From the IMG/VR virus record IMGVR_UViG_3300002460_002270: a DNA stretch of 64,000 bases. The stretch is one strand, 5' to 3'. The first letter of the stretch is position 1. Each line of letters starts with the position of its first letter. The notes beneath the pieces are model-generated. The model was not told where the DNA came from. It ran no database searches and saw only the letters and a list, made by a program, of their open reading frames with translations. This document shows positions 35,019 to 44,091 of this stretch, in pieces. Source of the DNA: an uncultured virus (IMG/VR IMGVR_UViG_3300002460_002270). Its lineage: Duplodnaviria > Heunggongvirae > Uroviricota > Caudoviricetes. The translations under genes and the position numbers were made by a program.

Positions 35019-36248
35019 TTGAGCGATCCGTTTGAGAAGATGAGACCCTACACACATGACGACGTCGTGCGTCTGCAGAGCTCTGTCGTCATCCAGCACA
35101 CGCTTGCGACGAAGGGTGCCCTTACGCTGAGGAAGTTGCTCCAGGATGAGGGCTATACGCATGCGCTGGGAGCAGTGACAGGCAACCAGGCAGTCCAGAT
35201 GGTGAAGGCGGGACTGCCCGCGATATATGTCAGCGGCTGGCAGACGGCAGCAGATGCAAACGTCTCAGGTGAGACGTTTCCTGATCAGAGCCTATATCCC
35301 TCAGACAGCGTCCCGCAGCTCGTCAGGAGGATAAATAGGGCCCTTGCCAGGGCCGACAACATCGAGCGCGTCGAGGGACAGGCATCACGTGATTGGTTCG
35401 TTCCCATCATCGCCGACGCTGAGGCGGGCTTCGGGGGTCACCTGAATGCCTTTGAGCTGATGCGTTGGATGATCGAGGCAGGCGCTGCTGCTGTGCACTT
35501 TGAGGACCAGCTCTCCTCAGAGAAGAAGTGTGGTCACCTCGGGGGAAAGTGTCTAGTTCCCACGTCGCAGTTCATAAGGACGCTTGTCGCTGCGAGGTTA
35601 GCATCAGACGTTGAGGGTGTGCCCACGGTGCTCATAGCGCGCACCGACGCGGATGCAGCTAGGCTCTTGACGACAGACATCGATCCTGTAGATGCTCCAT
35701 TCATCACGGGTGAGAGGACCATCGAGGGCTTTTATCGTGTCACGGGCGGGCTTGAGATGGCGATCGCCCGGGCGAAGGCCTACGCTCCCTATGCTGATGT
35801 CATCTGGTGTGAGATGTCATATCCAGATATAGAGGCAGCTAAGAAGTTTGCCGAGGCTGTGAAGAAGGACTTTCCTGATCAGATACTTGCGATGAACTGT
35901 TCACCGTCATTCCACTGGAAGAAGAAGCTTGATGATGCGTCCATAGCGAGGTTCCAGCGTGAGCTCAATGCCCTCGGCTACAAGTTTCAATTCATCACAC
36001 TTGCAGGGTTCCATTCGCTCAACCATGGGATGTTTGAGCTAGCGTTGGACTATCAGCAGAGAGACATGTCAGCTTACGTAGAGCTTCAGGAGCGTGAGTT
36101 CATGTCAGAGAGTGACGGTTATGCTGCTGTCAGGCACCAGAGAGAAGTAGGAACATCTTACTTCGACGCTGTGTCAAGCACAATCTCAAGTGAGTCATCT
36201 ACGCTAGCGATGATCGATAGCACAGAGAGCGAGCAGTTCTCGAGGTGA
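35019..36248 (+). CDS. aceA: isocitrate lyase
   Basis: [49 protein letters not shown]. Confidence 0.97.
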   Translation: MSDPFEKMRPYTHDDVVRLQSSVVIQHTLATKGALTLRKLLQDEGYTHALGAVTGNQAVQMVKAGLPAIYVSGWQTAADANVSGETFPDQSLYPSDSVPQLVRRINRALARADNIERVEGQASRDWFVPIIADAEAGFGGHLNAFELMRWMIEAGAAAVHFEDQLSSEKKCGHLGGKCLVPTSQFIRTLVAARLASDVEGVPTVLIARTDADAARLLTTDIDPVDAPFITGERTIEGFYRVTGGLEMAIARAKAYAPYADVIWCEMSYPDIEAAKKFAEAVKKDFPDQILAMNCSPSFHWKKKLDDASIARFQRELNALGYKFQFITLAGFHSLNHGMFELALDYQQRDMSAYVELQEREFMSESDGYAAVRHQREVGTSYFDAVSSTISSESSTLAMIDSTESEQFSR

Positions 36249-36251
36249 ACG

Positions 36252-36479
36252 ATGCTTCGTAAGACGGTGATAGAGACGAAAGAGTGGATGGATGCTAGCA
36301 CACTTGATGACCTAGGAAGGGAACTTCTTGTGCTGCTGAAGGAAACAGAGAGGAACGAGGCTCCAGCCCTCAGACGCTGCTTACGTAAGTTGAATGATTT
36401 GGGTGATGCGTTGATAGACCTGAAGCGTGAGCTTAATGGGATGGTGAGGGTCTTTGGGCCCGATGAGGTGATGCGATGA
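36252..36479 (+). CDS. hypothetical protein
   Basis: GAGGT SD; helical 75 aa. Confidence 0.5.
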   Translation: MLRKTVIETKEWMDASTLDDLGRELLVLLKETERNEAPALRRCLRKLNDLGDALIDLKRELNGMVRVFGPDEVMR

Positions 36480-36871
36480 TCGAAGCGTTGAAGCAGCAGA
36501 ACGACAGCGAGAAGCATGAGACCATCATCATAGGACCAGATGAGGACGGGCCGTTTGTCTTCACCGACGCAGCGCTTGTCGCTGCGAAGGAGATAAGGGA
36601 GCAGATGCAACCTGATGGAGATGGGCTCAGGATCGCAGTCAGGGGTGGTGGTTGCGCGGGCATGCAGTATGCGCTTGACTTCACGGACGCACGCGATGGA
36701 GACATCGTGATGGAGCTTGATGGACTGAGGGTCTACTGTGACGCTATCTCGGCGATGCATCTCGAAGGGACGACGGTTGATTATCTGACTACACTGACTG
36801 AGTCGGGTTTCAAGTTCATGAATGAACAGGCCACCACGACGTGTGGGTGCGGAAAGAGCTTCGCGACGTAG
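36476..36871 (+). CDS. iscA: A-type Fe-S carrier (HesB/IscA family)
   Basis: LRIAVRGGGCAGMQY, GFKF.N, CGCGKSF. Confidence 0.9.
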   Translation: MIEALKQQNDSEKHETIIIGPDEDGPFVFTDAALVAAKEIREQMQPDGDGLRIAVRGGGCAGMQYALDFTDARDGDIVMELDGLRVYCDAISAMHLEGTTVDYLTTLTESGFKFMNEQATTTCGCGKSFAT

Positions 36872-36903
36872 GAACAATCGCCTCGAGCGTCTGTATGATG
36901 TAA

Positions 36904-36975
36904 CCGTGCGTAGCTCAGTGGTAGAGCAGTCCTCTCTAAAAGGACGCGTCGTGGGTTCGAGTCCCTCCGCATGGA
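36904..36975 (+). tRNA. amber suppressor tRNA (CTA)
   Basis: CCGTGCG/CGCATGG-A; TAGCTCAGTGGTAGAGC; GTCCT-CTCTAAA-AGGAC; TTCGAGT. Confidence 0.9.
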
Positions 36976-36981
36976 TGTAGT

Positions 36982-38337
36982 GTGCACCCCGTCTCAATAA
37001 TCGACGGTGATGCTGTCCGCCACAGCATGAAGGAGCTGCTTGGGTCTGTGACATCGATCACTGGGCCTGGGATGAAGCTGGCCAGGATGCCTGACGGCTC
37101 GTTGCTTCCTACGAGCGATGTGGTCGCAAGTCTCAGGCTAGGAGATAGCAGCGACGGGCTATCAACAGCAGCATCAGCCCTGATAAAGCACGTCGTTGTG
37201 AGCGCAGAGAGCGTGGGCCCTGGTTGCACGTCATTGCTTCTGGGTGTGATTGATGTTGCCTATTCTAAGGGTCTGTCGTTGCTGGATGCTGGTCAGACGC
37301 TCCATGACGTGTGCTCAGGCCTTGATGCTTCACTCCTTTCTGCGATGGACGCGCTCTCAGCTGCATCCACACCCATGACGCAGGCCTCTGTCCGCGACGT
37401 GATAGACGCCTGTGCCAGCAGCGTTAGGCTTCGTGCAACGCTCCATGAGGCGTTATGTTTAGCTGGCAGTGAGTCGAGGCTGTTCGTCGAAGCTTGTCCA
37501 TCGTTGAGATGCTCAGTTGAGCGCGTTGACGGTCACACGTTCAGTTGCCTTCCAGACCACACTGTCATGGGTTCTGGGTGGTGGAGGGGTCACGACGTAC
37601 GTTGCCTGCTCATAGATGGCATGATTGAGCGTGTGGCAGAGATAGACGCATTGTTGCAGCAGTGCCACACATCGAATGGGTCCATGGTCATCTTTGCGCG
37701 TGAGTTCAGTGATGATGTTGTGAACACGCTGCATGTGAACAGGCTTAGGAACACGTTAGATGTCATACCCGTCCGCGTGATGTTCGACGTTGAGACAGCG
37801 AACGTGCTAAGTGACATCGCAGCTGTTGCGGGCTGTGACGTCATATCATCGTTGAAGGGTGAGCTGATATCAACAGTAAAGCTTGATGATGTCGCTGTCG
37901 TCCCCAGGGTGACACTGACAGGACTGAATGCGACTGTTGTGAACCCAGCGACCGCACGCAGCGTGAGGAACCACCTCAACATGTTGCAGAAGAAGCATGA
38001 TGAAGAGGAGCTCACGGGCAGCCGACAGCTGATAGACCAGAGGATGCGGTCGATGGCTGCCACGAGCGTTGTCATACGCGTTCCTGCGGGACCTGAGTGC
38101 AGTAATGAGATGCAGACGATCGACTTCACGCTTCGTTCAATCAAGTCAGCCCTAGCAAGAGGTGTCATCAGGCCCACATCACTCAGTGATGGTAGCGGAC
38201 TGTTGGCTGACTGCAGGGAGATGTTGCAGCAACGCAGCATCATTCCGACGCTGTCACTAGCGGCTGCGTTACACTACGGTGTGTCGCTGGTAAAGAGTCT
38301 GTTATCTGTGGGTGCAGCAGTTGTCATTCAACGTTGA
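36982..38337 (+). CDS. degenerate GroEL/Cpn60-like chaperonin
   Basis: Apical-domain pattern VIFAREFSDDVVNTL.VN.LR, LSDIAAVAGCDVIS; GDGTT replaced by GPGCT. Confidence 0.75.
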   Translation: MHPVSIIDGDAVRHSMKELLGSVTSITGPGMKLARMPDGSLLPTSDVVASLRLGDSSDGLSTAASALIKHVVVSAESVGPGCTSLLLGVIDVAYSKGLSLLDAGQTLHDVCSGLDASLLSAMDALSAASTPMTQASVRDVIDACASSVRLRATLHEALCLAGSESRLFVEACPSLRCSVERVDGHTFSCLPDHTVMGSGWWRGHDVRCLLIDGMIERVAEIDALLQQCHTSNGSMVIFAREFSDDVVNTLHVNRLRNTLDVIPVRVMFDVETANVLSDIAAVAGCDVISSLKGELISTVKLDDVAVVPRVTLTGLNATVVNPATARSVRNHLNMLQKKHDEEELTGSRQLIDQRMRSMAATSVVIRVPAGPECSNEMQTIDFTLRSIKSALARGVIRPTSLSDGSGLLADCREMLQQRSIIPTLSLAAALHYGVSLVKSLLSVGAAVVIQR

Positions 38338-39259
38338 TGCCGTGCTGTTCTACGTAGCGGCGGATGACGTCTGCTATCTGCTTTGAGACCTCATCCCTGT
38401 GCAGCAGCTCACGTGGCGTCGTGCGCTGCTTCTCATTGGGAAACTCATGCCTGTTGAAGATGTCCTTCCACGTCTCTTCGTAGATGCTGCCTATCTTGCG
38501 CTCAAGCTTCGCGAGGCTTAATGTCGGTTTAGCAGTCCCCTGTTGCTTCTGCTGTGTAGCTGCAGCGGGTGCCTTGGGCTGTCCCACCTTGAGCACCTTG
38601 CTTAGCGTAGCACGTTGCGGGTCCCTCGTTGCCTGTTGTATCTGTGACATCTCCTTGTCACTGACAGCCTTCCTGACGTTTAGTTTACCCGCAGCGAGGC
38701 CCAGCCTGTTGAGCTCATCGGGCGACAGTGACAGGAACTGCCTGGCCACATCCTCGCTGTTTACGTATGGGAGGTCTCTGAAGCCTTCCGGCTTGAGCGC
38801 CTTCGTGAAGAGGCTGGCTGCACGCTCGTATGTAGCAGAGCTCTTTATCTGCTCATCGATCGGAAGCCCAATTTCTAACTTCGTGTCAAGCGCGGTATCA
38901 AGCACCTTGACGAGCCTGGGAAGCTGCTTCAATGCTCGTGTTAGTGAGTCCTTGAGTGCTGATGCCTTACCCACATTCTCAAGGCTCTTCACAAGGAACA
39001 GCGTCTGCCAGCGTCTCTGGGGTCCCTTTTCAAGGGCTGAAAACAGCTCCTCGGCGGCCTGTGATAGCGCCCGTTGCAACAACGTCAGCTTCTTGAACGC
39101 AGGATCGCTCCCAAGCAACGTCGTGAGCGCCTCGAGGTCATTCTCGACCGTCTCAATATCGTGGCTGTCTATGACCTCCCTGATGAGCTCAGGCCTAGAT
39201 AGGGCCTCGAGGATGCTTTGTCTTGTCTCAAGCTCGTAGATTTCATTGAGCGTAGGCAT
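38324..39259 (-). CDS. hypothetical helical protein
   Basis: 311 aa; TAGTTA 9 nt upstream on the minus strand. Confidence 0.7.
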   Translation of the reverse strand: MPTLNEIYELETRQSILEALSRPELIREVIDSHDIETVENDLEALTTLLGSDPAFKKLTLLQRALSQAAEELFSALEKGPQRRWQTLFLVKSLENVGKASALKDSLTRALKQLPRLVKVLDTALDTKLEIGLPIDEQIKSSATYERAASLFTKALKPEGFRDLPYVNSEDVARQFLSLSPDELNRLGLAAGKLNVRKAVSDKEMSQIQQATRDPQRATLSKVLKVGQPKAPAAATQQKQQGTAKPTLSLAKLERKIGSIYEETWKDIFNRHEFPNEKQRTTPRELLHRDEVSKQIADVIRRYVEQHGINVE

Positions 39260-39327
39260 TTGTCATGATAACTATCCCATCGTTTCTAGATGTTTACAAA
39301 GCTGTCGCTGCTGTTTAGTGTCCAGGC

Positions 39328-39561
39328 ATGAGCTTTGAACGCGAGTTGAATTTGGCCGTGCAGCTGATGTTTAAGCATGCGAAGGCTGTGGTCTCACGCA
39401 ACCTCACGAATGCTGTTAGGCAAGGGAAGATAACGATCGACGAGGCACGCATCCCTGGGCTTGAGCTGATCGTGAATAGGTCGATAGACGCAGGTTATCA
39501 GCAGAGTGCGAAGCAGCTGTCTGAGGTCATCAAGAAGCATGAAAAGTCGCAGAAGCGATGA
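39328..39561 (+). CDS. hypothetical protein
   Basis: 77 aa, ATGA-coupled to next gene. Confidence 0.55.
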   Translation: MSFERELNLAVQLMFKHAKAVVSRNLTNAVRQGKITIDEARIPGLELIVNRSIDAGYQQSAKQLSEVIKKHEKSQKR

Positions 39562-40025
39562 AATCGGGCCTGAAACATCTGGTAGAGTGTCACTGTGTGC
39601 TTCCTCAGTTCAGGGACAGGCGTGACCCTCCCTATCACAGGTTTGTTGTCTTCTCTGTCATTGATGACGATGTCGTTGTCCCAAAGAGCGTAGCCTGCAA
39701 CAACTGTGGCGTCGTTCATGTCGTGTTCGATGTGTCAAAGTCACGCATCGCGCTCGGAGATGATGACACGTCAGCGGTCATGTCGATCGCTGACATTACC
39801 CATTCGCTCCCGCAGAACGTAGTAGAACTACTGAGGGCATACAATGCTGGGCTTCCAACATGGGAGGAGGCAGCGTTCATACATGAGACCGCTGCATGGG
39901 GGAGCCACGTGCTTCTCACGACGAAGGACGACGGAACCAGGGTAGAGGGAAAGATGCTTGTCTTTGTCTCCCAGGGCGCCGTAAAGATTGAGCCTTACTT
40001 CATGTCGCACTCTTTGGTCACTTGA
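39558..40025 (+). CDS. Zn-ribbon-like hypothetical protein
   Basis: HLVECHC...CNNCG.VH. Confidence 0.6.
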   Translation: MKSGLKHLVECHCVLPQFRDRRDPPYHRFVVFSVIDDDVVVPKSVACNNCGVVHVVFDVSKSRIALGDDDTSAVMSIADITHSLPQNVVELLRAYNAGLPTWEEAAFIHETAAWGSHVLLTTKDDGTRVEGKMLVFVSQGAVKIEPYFMSHSLVT

Positions 40026-40309
40026 AGTTGCACAAGGCGGATGATGCCTTGTATGATTGGAACGTGGCCACGGAAGATGTAAAGAGATATGGTAAGACAG
40101 ACGTTGAGCATGCCACCGAGGACACGCTGCGCTGTCGTCAGATCATCCGTGAGGTGGTGAGCTTCGGTGTAAATGAGCAGCAGAAGCTTAAGCTGATATA
40201 CCTGCTGGCATTAGAGCTTGAGAACCGTGACCACATGCAGCAGCTGGCTGACCTCGTGAAGAGAATCGAGCAGGGAAGTGCAAAGAAGAGCTCCCTCATC
40301 CTAAAGTGA
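40022..40309 (+). CDS. hypothetical protein
   Basis: 95 aa in operon. Confidence 0.55.
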   Translation: MKLHKADDALYDWNVATEDVKRYGKTDVEHATEDTLRCRQIIREVVSFGVNEQQKLKLIYLLALELENRDHMQQLADLVKRIEQGSAKKSSLILK

Positions 40310-40310
40310 T

Positions 40311-40895
40311 ATGGCACGTAAGAACATGAAGACACGCTTAAGCGTCAATGAGGACAGTGAGCACTACAGCCTGAGTGATGATGAGACACGGACGGTGTAT
40401 CTCATGGGAGACATCGATGAGGAGAGCGTGAAGTCTGTCACCGAGAAGGTCATCACGCTTTCTGAGCGGAACATAAAAGCACCCATCCAGCTCGTGATAA
40501 ACACGCTTGGGGGTGAGATCGACGAGGCCTTGATGCTATATGACCTGATGAAGTTCATCAGGACGCCTATCCACACTGTGGGCCTCGGAAAGGTCATGTC
40601 TGCGGGATGTTTGCTCCTGGCTGCGGGGTTCAAGGGCAAGAGAAGGATGGGCAAGAATGCCCGTCTGATGTATCACATGGGCTGGTATAGCGCGTGTGGA
40701 ACAATCTTTGAGATAGAGAACGTGCTCAACGAGTCCAAGAAGCAGGAGACGCAGTACGACAGGCTGTTTGCGTTTGAGACTGGGATGAACATCGAGGACG
40801 TTGAGAGGCTATACAACAAGAACGGCCCCACTGTCGATCGCTATTTGAGCGCTGATGAGTGCCTCTCTCGCGGCGTGATCGACGCGCTGATCTAG
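40311..40895 (+). CDS. clpP: ClpP-like protease
   Basis: INTLGG, GLGKVMSAG (Ser), MYH (His), DRYLSADE...GVID. Confidence 0.85.
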   Translation: MARKNMKTRLSVNEDSEHYSLSDDETRTVYLMGDIDEESVKSVTEKVITLSERNIKAPIQLVINTLGGEIDEALMLYDLMKFIRTPIHTVGLGKVMSAGCLLLAAGFKGKRRMGKNARLMYHMGWYSACGTIFEIENVLNESKKQETQYDRLFAFETGMNIEDVERLYNKNGPTVDRYLSADECLSRGVIDALI

Positions 40896-40913
40896 CGCGT
40901 AGGACGAGAAAAG

Positions 40914-42536
40914 ATGAAGTTCGACTACCAGCGGTTCTTTCCGTATCCATCTGTGCGTGCTGAACAGGACGTCTCAATAGCGTTCACACTCGATGCGTTC
41001 ATAAACTGCCAGAAGAAGTTTGTCGTGTTGGAGCTTGGGACGGGTGTGGGAAAGAGCGCCGTGGGCATGACTGTGGGAAGGTATCTCGATGCTGAGCCCA
41101 GGACGGATGATGCATTCAAGCCCGGGATGTATGCGCTCACAACGCAGAAGGTGCTACAGGAGCAGTACGTCAATGACTTCGGTCCTCCCTCAGGCAACCT
41201 CATCTCCATAAAGTCAGCCGCAAACTTCCAGTGTGAGTTCTACCCGAACAACACGTGCTCTGAGAGCCTGGGCATCCTGAAGAATGAGAAGAAGGGAACG
41301 CAGTTTTGGAGGAAGTGTACGCTTGATTGCTGCTACAAGAGGCAGAAGGCACGCTTCCTTGAGTCGCATGAGGGGATAACAAACTTCTCATACTTCTTGG
41401 CTGAGACGATGTATGGGGGCAAGATAACGCCGCGTGAGCTCCTGGTCGTGGATGAGGCCCACTGTGTAGAGGAGGAGTTGTCGAAATTCGTCGAGGTCGT
41501 CGTGTCTGAGCGGTTCATGTCGGACGTGCTCAAGCTGTCGTGGCCCGACGTCTCAACAGAACGAGGCGTCTTTGAGTGGCTGCGTGACGTATATTGCCCC
41601 ACGCTGGGCATGCACATCGCTCGCGTCGAGTCGATGATCGCGAAGTTCAAGCTCGAGGAGAAGATAAAGGAGTTCGAGTCGATAGCGAAGCAGTATGACA
41701 TGCTCGATAAGCACTCATGCAAGCTGCATCGCTTCCTTGAGATGTGGTCTGACGAGAACTGGATAATGAACGTCATACCAGCGTTCGGTCGCTCAAAGCG
41801 AAAGATAGAGTTTAAGCCCGTGGATGTGGGACCGTACTCACATGACCTACTATTCAGGTTCGGAAGGCGTGTGCTGATGATGTCGGCGACGATAATCAAC
41901 AGGGACGTGTTCTGTGATAGCCTGGGCATAGACAGGCATGATGTCGCGTTCTTGTCTATCGACTCACCCTTTCCTGTCCAGAACAGGCCGATACTATACG
42001 CGCCCGTCGGTAACATGTCGATGGCTAGTGCCGACCAGACGCTTCCAGCCCTTGTTGAGATGATAAAGCTCATCCTGCAGCAGCACAAGGGTGAGAAGGG
42101 GATAATCCACGCACGCTCATTCAAGATCGCGAACTACATCAAGAAGAACATCAGGAGCAGCAGGCTCATCATCCATGACAGCACGAACAGGGAGGAGGTG
42201 ATAAGGAAGCACTTCGAGTCGTCGAATGACACGGTCATCATATCTCCGTCGCTGACAGAGGGGATAGACCTGAAGGACGACCTGAGCAGGTTCCAGGTGT
42301 TGTGTAAGGTCCCGTACCCATACTTGGGTGACAAGCTATCACAGCGCAGGATGAAGAAGAGGAAGCTCTGGTATCCCTATCAGACGGCACGCAGCATCGT
42401 CCAGGCAGTGGGAAGGAGCGTGAGGAACGAGCACGATCATGCTGTCACATACATCCTTGACAGCAGTTGGGAGAGGTTCTACCGCCAACACTCAGACATG
42501 TTCCCTGGCTCATTCAAGAGGGCCCTGCAGGGTTGA
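40914..42536 (+). CDS. DinG/XPD-like SF2 helicase
   Basis: GTGVGKS, VVDEAH, MSAT, SPF, EGIDL, QAVGRSVR...D. Confidence 0.9.
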   Translation: MKFDYQRFFPYPSVRAEQDVSIAFTLDAFINCQKKFVVLELGTGVGKSAVGMTVGRYLDAEPRTDDAFKPGMYALTTQKVLQEQYVNDFGPPSGNLISIKSAANFQCEFYPNNTCSESLGILKNEKKGTQFWRKCTLDCCYKRQKARFLESHEGITNFSYFLAETMYGGKITPRELLVVDEAHCVEEELSKFVEVVVSERFMSDVLKLSWPDVSTERGVFEWLRDVYCPTLGMHIARVESMIAKFKLEEKIKEFESIAKQYDMLDKHSCKLHRFLEMWSDENWIMNVIPAFGRSKRKIEFKPVDVGPYSHDLLFRFGRRVLMMSATIINRDVFCDSLGIDRHDVAFLSIDSPFPVQNRPILYAPVGNMSMASADQTLPALVEMIKLILQQHKGEKGIIHARSFKIANYIKKNIRSSRLIIHDSTNREEVIRKHFESSNDTVIISPSLTEGIDLKDDLSRFQVLCKVPYPYLGDKLSQRRMKKRKLWYPYQTARSIVQAVGRSVRNEHDHAVTYILDSSWERFYRQHSDMFPGSFKRALQG

Positions 42537-42622
42537 GAATGCTTGTGAGAGCATGATACAAGCGTTGGACTGTGCTGTAATCGTATGGTTGCGATGCCCT
42601 TTAGGGGTCGTAGGAGATTTGT

Positions 42623-42823
42623 ATGGCTAAGGAAACAAACACAAGCATCGTTGAGCAGTGGGAGCGTCTCAAGACGATCATCGTATCGACTGAGGCTGAC
42701 GTCCTCAAGAACGCGCAGGGCAATGCGTCGGCGGGTGTTAGGGCTCGAAAGGGGCTCAGGGCGCTGAAGAAGGAGGCCCATGACCTCGTGAAGCTGACTG
42801 TCACTGCTGGGAAGGACGGCTGA
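42623..42823 (+). CDS. histone H1-like nucleoid protein (Hc1 family)
   Basis: D..K...GNASAGVRARKGLR.LK motif. Confidence 0.75.
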   Translation: MAKETNTSIVEQWERLKTIIVSTEADVLKNAQGNASAGVRARKGLRALKKEAHDLVKLTVTAGKDG

Positions 42824-42833
42824 TAGTTATAGA

Positions 42834-43185
42834 GGGGCAGAAATAGGTTTCGACGTTGTCAAGGCTCCACGCATTGCAGGCGGGCTGGACGCACCCTTTG
42901 CGCCCAAGACAGTTAGACGGCGAATATAGCATTGAGAATGAGTTGCCGCTAGCGGCATGATTTCCGGAGTCGATGCGCACTCCGTCAAAGAAGCGTGTCA
43001 AGGCCCGTGGCTGGGCATAAAGCGCCAGAATGGTTACCCCGCTTGTAGCGGGTGGAGCATCGTTCTCGATCGATGCAGGCGGAGACCATCGAGATAGTCT
43101 GCGCGTCTAGAAAGACGCGACAAGCCTGTGGATGAGTGTGTGGATGCTACGACGGCGGACGCGAGGGCAGTACTCGCCTGCTCCA
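42834..43185 (+). ncRNA. ssrA: tmRNA
   Basis: 5' GGGGCAG-AAATAGGTTTCGAC; 3' GCGAG-GGCAGTA-CTCGC-CTGCTCC-A (G3.U70); tag ORF 42919-42960 GEYSIENELPLAA*. Confidence 0.9.
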
Positions 43186-43400
43186 CTGTCTGATGAGCTA
43201 GGATAAGGCCTGGGACCCTTTGTAACCTGGCCTTAGGTAACCATTGGAATACCCATGTAGTGGCACACGTGAGTTTCTAGAGACCCAGGATATGGTTCCT
43301 GGCCCGGACCCGGGATATGGCCTGTCACAGATTGCATGATGCGTAATGTCCCAGCGTGCTCTGAACCCTACGGGCAGGATAGTTAGGTAGAGGAGGACAG

Positions 43401-43853
43401 ATGGGAAGAAGACAGATCCTGCATCAGGTTGAAGAGAAGGGGCTCAGGGTCGATAGGCCCTACAGCAGACTGCTTAAGACTGAGCTCATTGGTGATGACC
43501 ACGATGCTCCTGATGCTGTGCATGACGTCGTTGTAGACGTTGGCGTGCAGTCTGCGCCTGTCGATGTCGTGACCCCAACCTCTAGCATTGAGAAGGTTGA
43601 TGTTGTTGCAGCACCCATCGACGTCACACCCGTGGTTGACACTGCGGGTCATGTTGACGTTGTGGGCGTCGATCAAGCCGCTAGCTCGGCTGTGCAATCC
43701 AGTGACGTAGCGACTGTCGCGATTGAGCCTGAGAAGAAGCAGGTCAGGAATGCATTGAAGGAGCTCACCGACAGCAAGCAACCCAAGGCCAGGGTGGGTG
43801 CTCGGAAGGCTAAGGTCCCACCTGCGTCCTCGGATCCCTCCCAAGAAGCATAG
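43401..43853 (+). CDS. low-complexity Val/Asp-rich hypothetical protein
   Basis: GAGGAGG SD; repeated VDVV-like motifs. Confidence 0.55.
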   Translation: MGRRQILHQVEEKGLRVDRPYSRLLKTELIGDDHDAPDAVHDVVVDVGVQSAPVDVVTPTSSIEKVDVVAAPIDVTPVVDTAGHVDVVGVDQAASSAVQSSDVATVAIEPEKKQVRNALKELTDSKQPKARVGARKAKVPPASSDPSQEA

Positions 43854-44091
43854 AGAGCTTCTTATGGATGCTCTTCTCTATCTGGCACACACGCATTCGC
43901 GTGAGTCCGAAGATGTCACCTATCTGTTCCAGCGTCATGCCTCCGTGGTTCGCTGCGACTATGGAGCAGTTTGAGAAGCCTGAGGCGTCTATCCAATGAG
44001 GGCACTGTGTCCTCGGACATTCTACGTTGTAATGCTGCCTGACCGCAAAGCAGGCGACATCCTTGATGATGACGTTATCTTTTACATCCAT
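43810..44091 (-). CDS. sigma-70 region-4-like HTH protein with Cys-rich N-terminus
   Basis: MTLEQIGDIFGLTRMRVCQIEK; CTGAAC-N18-TATAGT 7 nt upstream. Confidence 0.75.
   Translation of the reverse strand: MDVKDNVIIKDVACFAVRQHYNVECPRTQCPHWIDASGFSNCSIVAANHGGMTLEQIGDIFGLTRMRVCQIEKSIHKKLSMLLGRDPRTQVGP

Noticed and set aside
36158..42124. Long antisense ORFs such as 36158-37054, 37590-38243, 38484-39239 and 41333-42124
   Set aside because: They are shadows of well-supported genes on the opposite strand and carry no motifs.
43188..43260. CTGATGAG directly after the tmRNA, suggesting a hammerhead ribozyme
   Set aside because: No GAAA core partner or stem II at a suitable distance.
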